The position numbers and the translations under genes are program-made. Shown here in pieces: positions 1-10,999 of a stretch of DNA of 64,000 nt. The first letter of the stretch is position 1; each line of letters starts with the position of its first letter. The notes below the pieces were generated by a model. That model saw nothing but the letters and a program-made list of their open reading frames with translations. It had not been told where the DNA came from and did not search any database. Origin of the DNA: an uncultured delta proteobacterium (GTDB lineage Bacteria; Desulfobacterota; Desulfomonilia; Desulfomonilales; Desulfomonilaceae); the NCBI GenBank assembly GCA_963789265.1, contig CAWBKB010000003.1:928001-992000 (forward strand), given 5' to 3'.

Positions 1-328
1 CTGGCCTTCTTCCGCGCCGGATCTGTCGGTGAGCGAACTTACCGAGCTGATTCGGGCTCAGATCCGCTCCTCTGATGTGGCGGCGGAAGGCGATATGGTC
101 TGCCTATGGATATTGCTCCCCGAAACGGACCTTGACGGAGCGCGGGTGGTTGCAGAACGAATTACCAGACGCGTCGACGACCACTTAGCTCAGGAGATTC
201 AGTTGAGTTTCGGGATGACCTGTTTTTCCAGGGAGATGACCGCCATGCCCATGCTGATGGATCTGGCCAAAACCGCGTTGGAAGAAGCAGTGGAAAGCAA
301 GGATAACAGCATTGTGGTGAGAATTTGA
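1..328 (+). CDS. C-terminal part of a GGDEF-like (degenerate) domain protein, truncated by the window edge
   Basis: IRSSD...ILLPETDLDGARVVAERI...LSFG...A..AL..A is a GGDEF fold signature; the GG(D/E)EF motif itself is absent (AEGDMV). Confidence 0.7.
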   Translation, partial: WPSSAPDLSVSELTELIRAQIRSSDVAAEGDMVCLWILLPETDLDGARVVAERITRRVDDHLAQEIQLSFGMTCFSREMTAMPMLMDLAKTALEEAVESKDNSIVVRI

Positions 329-426
329 GGAGGTGGCGTGGCAGAGGTCCTTTGCGGTGGCGGTGTTGTTTTTTAAGAGTCCGCGTGTGAATAAACCTTG
401 ACCTACAGGTAGTGACAAATTCTTGA

Positions 427-866
427 TTGGTGGGACGGGCATCTTGCCCGTCGCCATAAGACGGGCAAGATGCCCGTCCCACCAAGAATCCAGACTGGCC
501 CCGGATAGGAGTCCGTTAAGCGCTAACCTAACGATGTTCCCCCCCTTTTGTAAAGGGGGGTTAGGGGGGATTTTGGTATTTCTCGTTCCCATGCTCTGCC
601 TGGGAATGCCTGCTGCGAGGCTCTGCCTCGACTATGATAGTGAAATAAAGGGAGTTTACGGGCATGGTCCCGCGTACCGCGGGATTCCCAGGCGGTCCCG
701 CGTCTCGCGGGATTGGGAACCAGAACCATTCATTCATTGGTGGTGGCAATTTGTCATCACGAGTCTCGCGAGACCCGGGAAAGCAGCTTTTTCTTCAGGG
801 GGACGGGCATCTTGCCCGTCATTAAGCGACAGCCATTCCCGCGTTGTGCGCGGGACAATCCCGCCG
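427..866. repeat. Cluster of REP-like palindromic elements
   Basis: Inverted pair TTGGTGGGACGGGCATCTTGCCCGTC / GACGGGCAAGATGCCCGTCCCACCAA (427-485), CCCCCCTTT..AAAGGGGGG (~538-572), CTCGTTCCC..CTGGGAA element (581-725) and a further copy at ~800-866. Confidence 0.85.
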
Positions 867-870
867 ATAG

Positions 871-1347
871 TTACTTGCCTTGCGACTCGGGTTTCCGCTG
901 TGGCTCGACAACGATTTCATTTCGTACCCAAACTGCTTCGCTGTATTTGTTCATTGTCTTCTTCAGATCCTGGTCGAGTTTCTGTTTAGTCAGCAACAGT
1001 TCATCGAGATGCGCGTGGTCCCATTGCTTGCCGGCATTTTTCAAATCCTGCTCGATCTTTTCCTTGAAGTCCGGAATCGGCCGAATATCCAGATTATAGA
1101 TCACATATCCGCTTTTTTCATGGCATATATAGTATATTCTTCCGGAGTCGGTTATCTTGATTGATACCAGCTTTCCGGTGGTCGGGATTTTCGTGTATGT
1201 ATTTTCGTACTTTATGGCCCTGAACTCGCCAACCGAATTTTCAGCCATACCAAAGTCCATCGCCCAGACCAGACTCACTGCCAGGCCCAGAATCAAGAAA
1301 GAAACTCCTATTGACTTCATGTGGTGCCGTATTTCCCACTCAATCAT
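871..1347 (-). CDS. Hypothetical exported protein
   Basis: 158-aa ORF with an N-terminal hydrophobic signal-like segment (MKSIGVSFLILGLAVSLVWA); the true start may be this internal Met. Confidence 0.6.
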   Translation of the reverse strand: MIEWEIRHHMKSIGVSFLILGLAVSLVWAMDFGMAENSVGEFRAIKYENTYTKIPTTGKLVSIKITDSGRIYYICHEKSGYVIYNLDIRPIPDFKEKIEQDLKNAGKQWDHAHLDELLLTKQKLDQDLKKTMNKYSEAVWVRNEIVVEPQRKPESQGK

Positions 1348-1578
1348 TTGCAGTCCTCACGAAGGAGTTGGGTTTTGGAAAGCCGGTTCTTGCCCCACCC
1401 TTCCTCAGAAATATTCGGCCGCCGGAACTGTAATGGATTCTCCGATTATCTGCAATTCCTTTGAAAAGTGTCTTCGTATTTCGGCTGCACGTAGCGGCCG
1501 CGCAAAGGTCTTGACTTATCCCGATCCATCTGTTTAGATGATTTTTTTAGAGGTTTTATCAGAACGTCGGGGACCACC

Positions 1579-1713
1579 GTGAAACGAACATTTCAACCGA
1601 GCAATACCTCTCGTAAGAGAACTCACGGGTTCCGCATTCGGATGAGCACCAAAAGTGGAAGAATCGTCCTCAAGCGGAGAAGGGCAAAGGGACGCAAGCA
1701 TTTGTCGGTCTGA
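1579..1713 (+). CDS. rpmH: 50S ribosomal protein L34
   Basis: GTG start; translates [44 protein letters not shown]. Below the ORF-track cutoff, read manually. Confidence 0.97.
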   Translation: MKRTFQPSNTSRKRTHGFRIRMSTKSGRIVLKRRRAKGRKHLSV

Positions 1714-2080
1714 CCGACAAAGGTTCAGGCTGACCAAGCAGGACAAAATTCGCCGATCCTCGGATTTTCGGAGGATCATGAAAAAAGGCGTCCGTTATAA
1801 TACGCCTCATTTTCACATCCGCATGCTCAGGAACCCGTCGGGCATACCGCGGTTAGGGATCACTGCCGGCAGGAAAGCTGGAAACGCTTGTGCTCGAAAC
1901 AGGATCAAAAGAAGACTGAGAGAATACTTCAGGCTGAATCGGGACAAAATGCCGTCCGGAATGGACATGGTATTCATCGTCTCGCAGGGGGCCGTCGTGC
2001 TGGAAACCAAACAGATCTTCGGAGAGTTGGACCGATTTTTCGAAATGAAATTTGGAACCTCGGGAAATACTCCCTCGTAG
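1700..2080 (+). CDS. rnpA: Ribonuclease P protein component
   Basis: [25 protein letters not shown] (RNR motif), directly after rpmH; start codon uncertain (ORF is open from 1655). Confidence 0.93.
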   Translation: MCRSDRQRFRLTKQDKIRRSSDFRRIMKKGVRYNTPHFHIRMLRNPSGIPRLGITAGRKAGNACARNRIKRRLREYFRLNRDKMPSGMDMVFIVSQGAVVLETKQIFGELDRFFEMKFGTSGNTPS

Positions 2081-2082
2081 GG

Positions 2083-2271
2083 ATGATTCGACTCTATCAG
2101 ATCCTGATTTCTCCGCTCTTTCCTACAGCCTGCCGCTTTTATCCCACCTGTTCCGAATACGCCCTACAGGCTGTGCTGGCTTATGGCGTGTTCAAAGGGA
2201 GCTTTCTCGCGACAAAACGCCTTGTGCGGTGTCGGCCGTTCGGGCCCGCAGGTTTCGACCCGGTCCCCTGA
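2083..2271 (+). CDS. yidD: Membrane protein insertion efficiency factor YidD
   Basis: [29 protein letters not shown], between rnpA and yidC. Confidence 0.93.
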   Translation: MIRLYQILISPLFPTACRFYPTCSEYALQAVLAYGVFKGSFLATKRLVRCRPFGPAGFDPVP

Positions 2272-2352
2272 ATGCACCTCGGCGTGTGAGGATGCGTTAA
2301 TTCGTAGATCATCATCTGTTAGCATGAAGGCCCCACGTCGGGGGAGAGAATT

Positions 2353-4066
2353 ATGGATCGTAACCTTGTCCTTAGCATCATTTTGTCCATAGCGATAATC
2401 CTTGGCTTTCAGTTATATCTTCAGCACTTCGCTCCACCACCGAAGAAACTCCCTACTATCACGGAAAACACAAAACAGCCTGCGCCGGCTCCTCTGACCC
2501 CGCCTTTGCCTAAAGCACCTGAAGAGGAGCTGCCCAGTACGAAAGCGGTTGCGCCTGAAGCTGCTGTGACCACACCGCCTCCAAAGGCTGGTATTGCCCC
2601 GGCAAAAGAAGTCCGGATAAAAGTGGACAGCCCGAAGTACGAGGCCGTCCTCTCGTCGAAGGGTGGCAGGTTAATCTCGTTTAGGCTCAAGGAATACACA
2701 AAGTCTCTGAACAAACCCGGACTGGTGAATCTTTTCACTCCCAAAGGTCCTGATACCTCGGGCCCCTCAGTAATGTTCACGCGGACGCGACGAAACTTTT
2801 AATGATGCTTCGTTGGCATTTGACCTTGAGTCCCCAACGAAGTCAGTCACGTTGAACAAAGCGGGGGAGAAGAAATCCATAACATTCCGAACTACCACTG
2901 CGGCGGGTCTCACGATCGCAAAAACCTATACGTTTCGGGCGAACCAGTACGACGTAGGCTTTTCGCTTACATTGACGAATACTTCTAACGAAGCCAAGAA
3001 TTATCTTCTCACGTTCCCTTGGCGCAAATCCTATACGGGCGAGCACGGGAGATTCACGTGGAACAGCGTAGAAATCCTGCTCGACGGCCAATTGAAGGAT
3101 TACTATTTCACGAAAATCCAAGGAGACGAGGAACCTTCAGGCCAGGTCCAATGGGCCGGATTGGGTGACGTTTACTTCTTCAAGGCACTTATTTTCGGAA
3201 AGAAGCCCGCGAGCAGAGTCACCTTGTTCAAGCCTTCAAAAGAGGGATTTGCCGAGGTCTGGGTAAGGTACGGAGCCGTGGACTTGCCACAGGGTCGGCC
3301 GGTCGAAACAGACCTCTCCATTTATCTGGGTCCCAAGGAAAGACACGCTTTGCAGGTAGCAGGCCACGATCTTTCTCGTGCCCTTTATTACAGCAATTAC
3401 AAAATCCTGGACGTCGTTTCCGAGTATCTCATCTTGTTCCTGCAGTTTTGCAACTCCGGCTTCACGGTAGCCGGGATCAGAATCCCAGGCACTCACAACT
3501 ACGGCTGGGACATCATTTTTATGACGGTCCTTATAAAAATCCTTTTCATCCCGCTCACTCACAAGAGCATGAAATCCATGAAAAGGATGCAGCAAGTTCA
3601 GCCACAGATCACGAAAATCAAGGAAAAATATAAAGATGATAAATCAGCCATCAATAAGGCCACCATGGAGCTGTTCCGAGAGCAGAAGGTGAACCCGCTT
3701 GGGGGTTGCTGGCCGATGTTCCTCCAACTCCCGGTCTTCGTGGCCCTTTACCAGGTTCTGTCGTACGCGATCGAGCTGAGGCACGCTCCCTTTCTTTGTA
3801 TACCGTCGATCTATCTGTGCATTAACGATCTTTCCGCGCCGGACCCATACTACGTCACGCCTATTTTCATGGGCGGCACAATGGTGCTCCAGCAGTGGTT
3901 GACTCCGTCCGGCGGAGATCCTACTCAGAAAAAGATGATGCTTATGATGCCGGTGGTATTTACGTATCTATTCCTCAGCTTCCCTTCAGGCTTGGTGCTC
4001 TATTGGTTGGTCAGTAATCTGCTGTCCATCGGCCAGCAACTTGCCACCAACAAACTGGCTGCTTAA
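2353..4066 (+). CDS. yidC: Membrane protein insertase YidC (split by a +1 frameshift near 2785, probably a sequencing error)
   Basis: N-terminal TM plus periplasmic domain (2353-2802), continuing in the next frame to NPLGGCWPMFLQLPVF, DLSAPDPYY and PSGLVLYWLVSN. Confidence 0.93.
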
Positions 4067-4080
4067 GGAGCAGTGCGAAC

Positions 4081-4899
4081 ATGTCGTTTCACGAGTTTAC
4101 AGGAAAATCAGTCAAAGAGGCTATTGCCAGAGCATGTGAAGAGCTTCATGTGGATGAAGAATCCCTGGAAGTGGAAGTACTCGAGGAAAGCACACGAGGG
4201 TTCTTGGGGATAGTTGGGCAAAGAGACGCTCGGGTTAGAGTAAGAAAGAGAGATGTTCGGGGACGGACTACCAAGGTTGCCCAAGACCAAATTCCGACCG
4301 CCCGAATGGGGATGAACGAGGCGCCTGACGAATCACGCCGGGAAGTTGAACCTCCTGAAAAGGAAGTTCAACCGACGCTCTCCGTTCCGCCACAGACTGA
4401 TTCGACCCCCATAGACCCGGTACTAATCGACGAGGCTCGTACCGTCCTTGAGCAAATTCTCTCGAAGATCCCGGCAGAGGCTGAAGTGGAATCGTCAATC
4501 TTGAACGAGGCAATTTATTTGAATATCAAAGCGGACGGCTCCGGGCTTCTCATAGGAAAGAAGGGCCAGACTCTGGACACGCTCCAGTATCTGGTGAACA
4601 AGATAATCAATAAGGAAAATGCCCCCGGACATAAGGTTGAAATTATTGTAGATACTGAGAATTACAGGCTCCGCCAGATGGAGAACCTTCGCGAAATAGC
4701 CTTGAAAACCAGTCAAAGGGTAAAAAGGACTCTGAAGCCGGTCTCTATGGCGCCCATGCCACCTAACGAACGTCGCATTATGCACATGATCCTAGCCGAA
4801 GACCGCGAAGTCTACACAAAGAGTTACGGCGAAGGCCCACTCCGCCGAATAATTGTCTACCCCCGTCGCGGTGCCGCCAATAAGCGCCGAAGACGCTAG
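4081..4899 (+). CDS. jag: RNA-binding protein Jag/KhpB (Jag_N, KH, R3H)
   Basis: GKSVKEAI..EE..RGFLG N-terminus, LLIGKKGQTLD KH motif, ERRIMH R3H; follows yidC. Confidence 0.93.
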   Translation: MSFHEFTGKSVKEAIARACEELHVDEESLEVEVLEESTRGFLGIVGQRDARVRVRKRDVRGRTTKVAQDQIPTARMGMNEAPDESRREVEPPEKEVQPTLSVPPQTDSTPIDPVLIDEARTVLEQILSKIPAEAEVESSILNEAIYLNIKADGSGLLIGKKGQTLDTLQYLVNKIINKENAPGHKVEIIVDTENYRLRQMENLREIALKTSQRVKRTLKPVSMAPMPPNERRIMHMILAEDREVYTKSYGEGPLRRIIVYPRRGAANKRRRR

Positions 4900-4945
4900 G
4901 AGGCTGTTGAGCGTATAACCGCGTCCGCGGAACTTTAATCCTCGT

Positions 4946-6343
4946 ATGGGAAACTCGGCACAAAATTTTGCTGACACGATCGTAGCTCTCTCCACTCCCC
5001 GCGGCTACTCGGGTATTGGAGTAATCCGTTTGAGCGGTGCTGACTCGATCCGGATCGTCGGGAAAATTTTCAAACGCTCAGGTACGGAAACCGAGTTTCC
5101 CCAACGCACCGCTGTTTACGGCAAGGTCGTGAATCCGGAAAACGGCACAATCCTTGATGACGGAATAGCAGTTTTCATGAAAGGCCCCTCCTCATATACC
5201 GGTGAGGACGTTGTTGAACTGAGTCTCCACGGCAGTCCTGTAATTCTGGACACGGCGGTCCGGATGATAATCAAGCTCGGCGCTCGACCGGCATCACGGG
5301 GGGAATTCACGCGCAGAGCGTTCCTCTCCGGCAGAATGGACTTGATTCAGGCTGAAGCAGTCATCGATCTGATTGAAAGCACGAGTCCGCTGGCTGCTGA
5401 CGATGCCAGGGCTCGTCTGGACAGCTCAGTTTCCAACCAAGTCCGGGGAATCTCTGATGGGCTTAAAGATATCGTGGCGGAACTGGAGGCCCACATCGAC
5501 TTTGACGAAGACGATGCAGAACCCGCGCCGGAAGTTGAGACCCCGCTCCGGGAGATCTTCCTCAAGATGGATATGCTCAAGCAAGATTCCGAAAGGGGAC
5601 GAATTAGGAAAAAAGGCGTCGATACAGTAATTGTGGGTAAGCCTAACGTTGGAAAGTCCACGCTTTTCAATGCACTTCTCCGGACGGACCGTATGATTGT
5701 GACTCCTTACCCGGGCACCACGCGGGATCCTGTGGATGACTGCCTGATTCTAGACGGTATAGCATTTCGCTTCTGGGACACCGCGGGCATTCGCGAAGAC
5801 GCCGAACCTGTGGAAGAGGAAGGAATACGGCGCTCTCTTGCCAAGATGGAAGAAGCGGATGTGATTCTGGCGATTCTGGACGGGACAGCGCCTCCCGACG
5901 CGGAGGATGCCGCGGTACTTGCCGCGAGCAATGGAAAAGAGACGATCGTTGTTATGAACAAAATAGACCTCGGTCTGGCTGTTGGCCTCAAAGACAGCTT
6001 ATTTGGATCCGGCGATATGCCGCGTGTTGAGCTGAGTGCCAAAACAGGAGAAGGTCTCGACCGCCTCGAAAGAATGCTGGCCGAGACGGGACTAAAGCTT
6101 ACCACGGCTGGGCGAACGGAATTGCCGATGGGCCTCAATGACCGATGCCTGATGCTCATGGAAACGGCGAGCATTCCCATCAAAGGTCTGCTGGACTCGT
6201 TGGAGATGGGCGAAAAGCTGGAACCTGAAATCATCACTGTGGAACTGCGCAGCGCCCTGAATTCACTGGAAGAAATCACGGGTGAGAGAGCTGACGATGG
6301 GATTCTGGATCGGATTTTCGAACGATTTTGCGTCGGAAAATAG
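4946..6343 (+). CDS. mnmE: tRNA modification GTPase MnmE
   Basis: DTIVALSTP, SYTGEDVVE, GKPNVGKS, GTTRD, DTAGIR, C-terminal FCVGK. Confidence 0.97.
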   Translation: MGNSAQNFADTIVALSTPRGYSGIGVIRLSGADSIRIVGKIFKRSGTETEFPQRTAVYGKVVNPENGTILDDGIAVFMKGPSSYTGEDVVELSLHGSPVILDTAVRMIIKLGARPASRGEFTRRAFLSGRMDLIQAEAVIDLIESTSPLAADDARARLDSSVSNQVRGISDGLKDIVAELEAHIDFDEDDAEPAPEVETPLREIFLKMDMLKQDSERGRIRKKGVDTVIVGKPNVGKSTLFNALLRTDRMIVTPYPGTTRDPVDDCLILDGIAFRFWDTAGIREDAEPVEEEGIRRSLAKMEEADVILAILDGTAPPDAEDAAVLAASNGKETIVVMNKIDLGLAVGLKDSLFGSGDMPRVELSAKTGEGLDRLERMLAETGLKLTTAGRTELPMGLNDRCLMLMETASIPIKGLLDSLEMGEKLEPEIITVELRSALNSLEEITGERADDGILDRIFERFCVGK

Positions 6344-6469
6344 GATCCGCGCTTATGAGTCTTAGCTAACACTCGGAAAAGTTCCGTGATAAATAGCCCC
6401 AATTAGCCGATCCGACTCGCCGGGCCCTGGTTTTTCCGGATAATGACTCACTTAAGAGCGGTGAATAGT

Positions 6470-6625
6470 TGTCATTGCGAGGAGTGCATGGTGGGACAGG
6501 CTTCCAGCCTGTCTATTAGGGATGACGGGCAATCCCGCGTTTCGCGCGGGACGTCCCACAGGCAATCTGAGCGGCGTTCAAAGGAAAAGATGGCTTTCCC
6601 GCGTCTCGCCGGACTCGCAATGACA
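6470..6625. repeat. Composite REP-like element
   Basis: TGTCATTGCGAG...CTCGCAATGACA outer inverted repeat enclosing a GTGGGACAGGC..GCCTGTC / GACGGGC..GTCCCAC pair. Confidence 0.75.
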
Positions 6626-6857
6626 GGAGACATAAAGTTGCCCGCGTAAGCGAATGATCACGTTTTTCGGCTCCGTTTGTCTTTTCGAAAATTCTATGAC
6701 ACTATAAAATTGGCAATTAGGCTAGGCTGATAATTTTATTGAGCTGCCGGGATGAGCGCACGAAAATTCATTTGACATGTTTGCATGAAAGACCCTGAAC
6801 CTACCGCGGCGTACACGTTATTATCCTTCAATAATACTAAGAAAGGAGCCTCCAATT

Positions 6858-9255
6858 ATGAATGCTGCTTCTTCTATTCCCGGACCGTTGAGCCCCGAAG
6901 AATTGCGGAATATGGACGCATACTGGCAAGCAACGCTTTATTTGTGTGTCGGCATGATTTACTTGCGGGAAAATCCCCTCCTGAAAGAGCCCCTGAAAAT
7001 TGAACATGTAAAGAATCGACTACTGGGGCATTGGGGATCCGACCCTGGTCAGACCTTCACATGGCTGCATCTGAATCGATTGATCAAAAAGTATGATCTC
7101 AATATGGTATTCGTCTCGGGTCCCGGCCACGGAGCGCCTGCGTTCCTTTCTCATGCTTATTTGGAGGGAACTTATTCAGAAGTTTATCCTGATAAGAGTG
7201 AAGATGAAGAGGGCCTGCGGCGGTTTTTCAAACAATTTTCATTTCCCGGCGGAATCGGCAGCCACTGCACACCTGAAACTCCCGGCTCATTTCATGAGGG
7301 TGGCGAACTTGGTTATAGTCTTTCGCACGCTTACGGAGCAGCCTTCGACAATCCGGACCTGATTGTAGCAGTTATGGTAGGCGACGGAGAAGCGGAAACC
7401 GGGCCCCTTGCAACCGCATGGCACTCCAACAAGTTTCTCAACCCGGTGCATGACGGGGCTGTTTTGCCAATCCTGCACCTCAACGGTTATAAAATAGCAA
7501 ATCCCACCATTTTGGGAAGGATTAGCCACAAACAGTTGGAGAGCCTTTTTGTCGGCTACGGTTACAAACCGTATTTCGTAGAAGGTTCAGACGCCTCTGC
7601 CATGCACCAGACCATGGCCCAGACCCTGGAAGCGGCTCTGGCTGATATCAAGGCTATTCAGAACCAAGCTCGCTCTGACGGAATCACTGGTTTGCCCGAG
7701 TGGCCGGCAATTATCCTGAGAAGTCCTAAAGGCTGGACTGGGCCCAAAGAGGTGGATGGCCACAAGGTAGAGGACTTTTGGAGGGCCCATCAAGTCCCCT
7801 TCGATGTGCACGGGAACCCGGCCCATCTGGCATTACTCGAGAAATGGTTGAAAGGTTATAAGCCTGAGCACCTGTTTGATGAGAATGGAAGACTGATTCC
7901 GGAACTCAAAGCACTAGCTCCATTGGGTCAGCGCCGGATGAGCGCAAACCCTATCGCCAACGGAGGCTCGGTACGAAAGAGTTTACGGTTGCCGGACTTT
8001 CGTGACTATGCAGTGAAAGTGACCGAACCGGCAACTGTTTTGGTGGAAAACACCCGACCTTTGGGTGAGTTTCTTGAGGGATACGATAACCCGAAACATG
8101 ACCACCTTCCGATTCTTCTGCCCTGATGAAACTGCTTCCAACCGTCTTGAAGCCGTTTACCAGGCAAGCCCGAAAGTGTGGATGGCTGACCTTAAGCCTG
8201 AGGATGCAGACGGAGGCCATCTCTCTCATGACGGCCGGGCGATGGAAATGCTGAGCGAGCATACCTTAGAGGGATGGCTGGAAGGATACCTGCTTACCGG
8301 TCGCCATGGTTTTTTCGCATCTTACGAAGCATTTACACATGTGATTGATTCCATGTTTAATCAGCACGCCAAGTGGCTTCAAAAGTGTCTTGAGATTTCG
8401 TGGCGTGCCCCCATCTCCTCCTTGAACTTGCTGATTACTTCTACAGTGTGGCGACAAGATCACAATGGTTTCAGCCACCAAGATCCGGGTTTTCTCGACG
8501 TGATTACCAACAAAAGCCCCGAAATCACACGAATATATCTTCCGCCGGATGTGAATTGCCTCTTGTCCGTGGCTGACCACTGCCTGCGCAGTACCAATTA
8601 TGTTAATGTCATAGTTTGCGATAAGCAGCCGCACCTGCAATACCTCTCGATGGAGCAGGCGATTCGGCATTGCACCAAAGGCATCGGTATCTGGGACTGG
8701 GCCAGCAACGACCAGGGCAGCGAACCCGACGTCGTAATTGCCGCTGCTGGAGACATCCCTACCATGGAAGCGCTGGCCGCAACTGCAATTCTCCGGGAGC
8801 ACTTTCCCGATCTCAGAGTACGTTTCATCAATGTTCTCGATTTGTACAAAATGCAACCCCCGAGCGAGCATAAGCACGGCCTGACAAATCGGGACTTCGA
8901 TAGTTTATTCACAACAAACAAACCTATTATCTTCAACTTTCACGGCTATCCCTGGCTGATTCACAAGCTCGCGTACAGGCGCACAAACCACAAGAATCTG
9001 CACGTGCGCGGATACAAAGAGTACGGTAACATCAATACGCCGCTGGAGTTGGCGGTGAAGAACCAAATCGACCGGTTCAATTTGGCTATCGACGTAATCG
9101 ACCGGGTTCCCGGACTGAATGTTGTGGGAGCGCACGTCAAAGAGTGGCTGAAAGATCAGATTATCGAGACGATCAATTACGCCCACGAATACGGCATTGA
9201 CAAGCCTGAACTCACCAACTGGACATGGCGTTTTGGGGTCGGCCAAAAAGAGTGA
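6858..9255 (+). CDS. xfp: Xylulose-5-phosphate/fructose-6-phosphate phosphoketolase (+1 frameshift near 8076)
   Basis: [27 protein letters not shown] (TPP motif), then [13 protein letters not shown] and [13 protein letters not shown] in the next frame. Confidence 0.95.
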
Positions 9256-9826
9256 GCTGGGCATGGGCTTCCGGTGCTAAAGAAAGTGCCTCTAAACTTA
9301 TTCGATGCCCCAAATCGTGCCACGAAAATAGTTGGAGTTCTGGTTCCCAGTCCCGCGTTCCTCAGAGCGGCAATCTGCGTGGAGAGCAACAAGGCGGCTT
9401 CGTGCCTTACGGTTCGTCTTTTCTCGTCTGCCGTTCAAACGCCGGGCCCCCTGCTTGCCGGCCTTGCTTTGTGCCTCCCTATCGCGAGAACAAGCTGCAA
9501 ACGAACAGCTTCTCGTTATTGAGGTTGAATTTGGAACAATTTCTTTGTTAGCCCAAAACGAGCACCAGGCCATTTAAATAAAGTATTACTTTAAGAAAAT
9601 TGGATAACAACGCAGAATAAGAACAAATTAATGTTAGAAAATTCTTGACATTCCTCCCGGTTTGGGATAGGCATCAGGAGCATCATGTGAAGACCCGCCG
9701 CCGCGGGTCCTCTACGCAGCGGGAAAATCCGGTGCACTCCGGGGAAGGGGCAATCCCATTGCTAACGAGCATTCTCACCCATTCCAATGAGGGGCCAGAC
9801 TCTCCGGTTCATTACCACCTGGAGGT

Positions 9827-10798
9827 ATGCCTATGATAGCAAGGGGCTCGATGACAGTTCCCTGCGCTTTGATAACCCTCGCTGTCCTTCTATTAGCAAC
9901 GAGCCGGGCGTCGGCGTGGGAGCAGCAGTATCGCTATCCCGTTAAAGTCAAGGTTTCCGGATTCGGATCCTCCGACTCCAGAGTCGCAGGTATAGGCTCG
10001 AGGTTCCCACATGCGGACGCGGACTGGGACGTGGCGGCAGGACAACCCAGGCGAGAAATACTTTGTCCCCGACGAGGTTACTCAGTAGCTTTGGGAATGC
10101 GGCCGTTTTTTGCTTCCCTTATTGGCTCCAGCAAAGTGCTCAGCAAAGGCGCAGAAGGGGGATGGCTCAATTTTCAAGGTCAACTTCGCATCCCCTCTGA
10201 CAAAACGCAGTGGGAGTTTTATGCCAACCTCGATATGTGGGACAAGATTGGCCTGCGCTTGGAGTATTTGCCCTGGAGTTGGGGCGGATCAGGCCACATA
10301 CCTACTGACGGCAATTTCGGCGGGTTGCTTCTCAAGAAGGACGACGGCATCAATTCCGATCTAAATATCACGTCATTCTTGATAGGAGCGGATTACGAAG
10401 TGGCTTTCGGTCGGGACCTCATCTTCGGTCCCAACGCGGACCTTTACGTTACAAAATGGAGTCAGAGCGTAACCAAGGATACAGGCGAAGGTTTAGACTT
10501 TTCTCAGACAATACTACAGCCGGCGATTGGAGCCCACGTGAGATACGAGCCAACCAATACCGGTTATTTCTCCTGGTTTAAACCGGCCATAGAAGGACGA
10601 TTTAGCTGGATGAGCTTTAATGGATTGGGATTATCAACTTGGGACCTGGGTGCGGGTATAGCTCCTCCAGTGAGCAGGAATGTAGATGCAGGGATCAAAG
10701 TGGGTTACAAACAATGGAAGCTTGATGGTAGCAGGGGCCGGCTTTTCGCTGATGTCGACGTAGAAGGGCTGTACTTGGATTTGTCACTCCAATTTTAG
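9827..10798 (+). CDS. Putative outer-membrane beta-barrel protein
   Basis: Signal peptide, alternating amphipathic beta pattern, C-terminal GLYLDLSLQF (terminal Phe, BAM signal); SD GGAGGT upstream. Confidence 0.7.
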   Translation: MPMIARGSMTVPCALITLAVLLLATSRASAWEQQYRYPVKVKVSGFGSSDSRVAGIGSRFPHADADWDVAAGQPRREILCPRRGYSVALGMRPFFASLIGSSKVLSKGAEGGWLNFQGQLRIPSDKTQWEFYANLDMWDKIGLRLEYLPWSWGGSGHIPTDGNFGGLLLKKDDGINSDLNITSFLIGADYEVAFGRDLIFGPNADLYVTKWSQSVTKDTGEGLDFSQTILQPAIGAHVRYEPTNTGYFSWFKPAIEGRFSWMSFNGLGLSTWDLGAGIAPPVSRNVDAGIKVGYKQWKLDGSRGRLFADVDVEGLYLDLSLQF

Positions 10799-10823
10799 CG
10801 AACTCCGTGTTCTTTGATGAGCG

Positions 10824-10859
10824 AAATCCCGCGGGGCAGACTCCCCGCGGGATTTTTTT
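10824..10859 (+). terminator. Rho-independent terminator
   Basis: AAATCCCGCGGGG-cagact-CCCCGCGGGATTT stem followed by a T run, just after the barrel gene. Confidence 0.85.
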
Positions 10860-10871
10860 CAACTATTTCCC

Positions 10872-10901
10872 TTGACAGTTAATTTCAAACCCTCGTACAA
10901 T
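10872..10901 (+). promoter_or_regulatory. Sigma70-type promoter of the XRE-S24 gene
   Basis: TTGACA-N18-TACAAT about 100 bp upstream of the ATG at 11000. Confidence 0.6.
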
Positions 10902-10999
10902 CTTGGCACAAATTTGCATCCTGGGGCAGTCCATAATATCATATATATCGGCTGATTGAACTCTCTATTCGGATAACCTCGCCGGTTACCGGGGAGAAT

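Noticed and set aside
427..866. Repeat clusters as a possible CRISPR array
   Set aside because: They are inverted palindromic pairs of mixed families, with no regular repeat-spacer period and no cas genes.
6430..6670. Possible second degenerate MITE (weak inverted ends, GTTTTTC(C)GG flanks)
   Set aside because: The ends match only partially, so it cannot be separated from chance or REP decay.
2353..9255. yidC and xfp as pseudogenes or programmed frameshifts
   Set aside because: No common slippery motif across the sites; the uniform +1 pattern and the essentiality of yidC favour sequencing error.
9225..9577. Several overlapping 80-108 aa ORFs after xfp
   Set aside because: No clear SD or motifs, and the region includes a REP fragment; none can be supported.
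10904..10918. TGGCACAAATTTGCA, a sigma54-like motif
   Set aside because: GG-to-GC spacing is 9 nt rather than the required 10, and a good sigma70 promoter lies immediately upstream.
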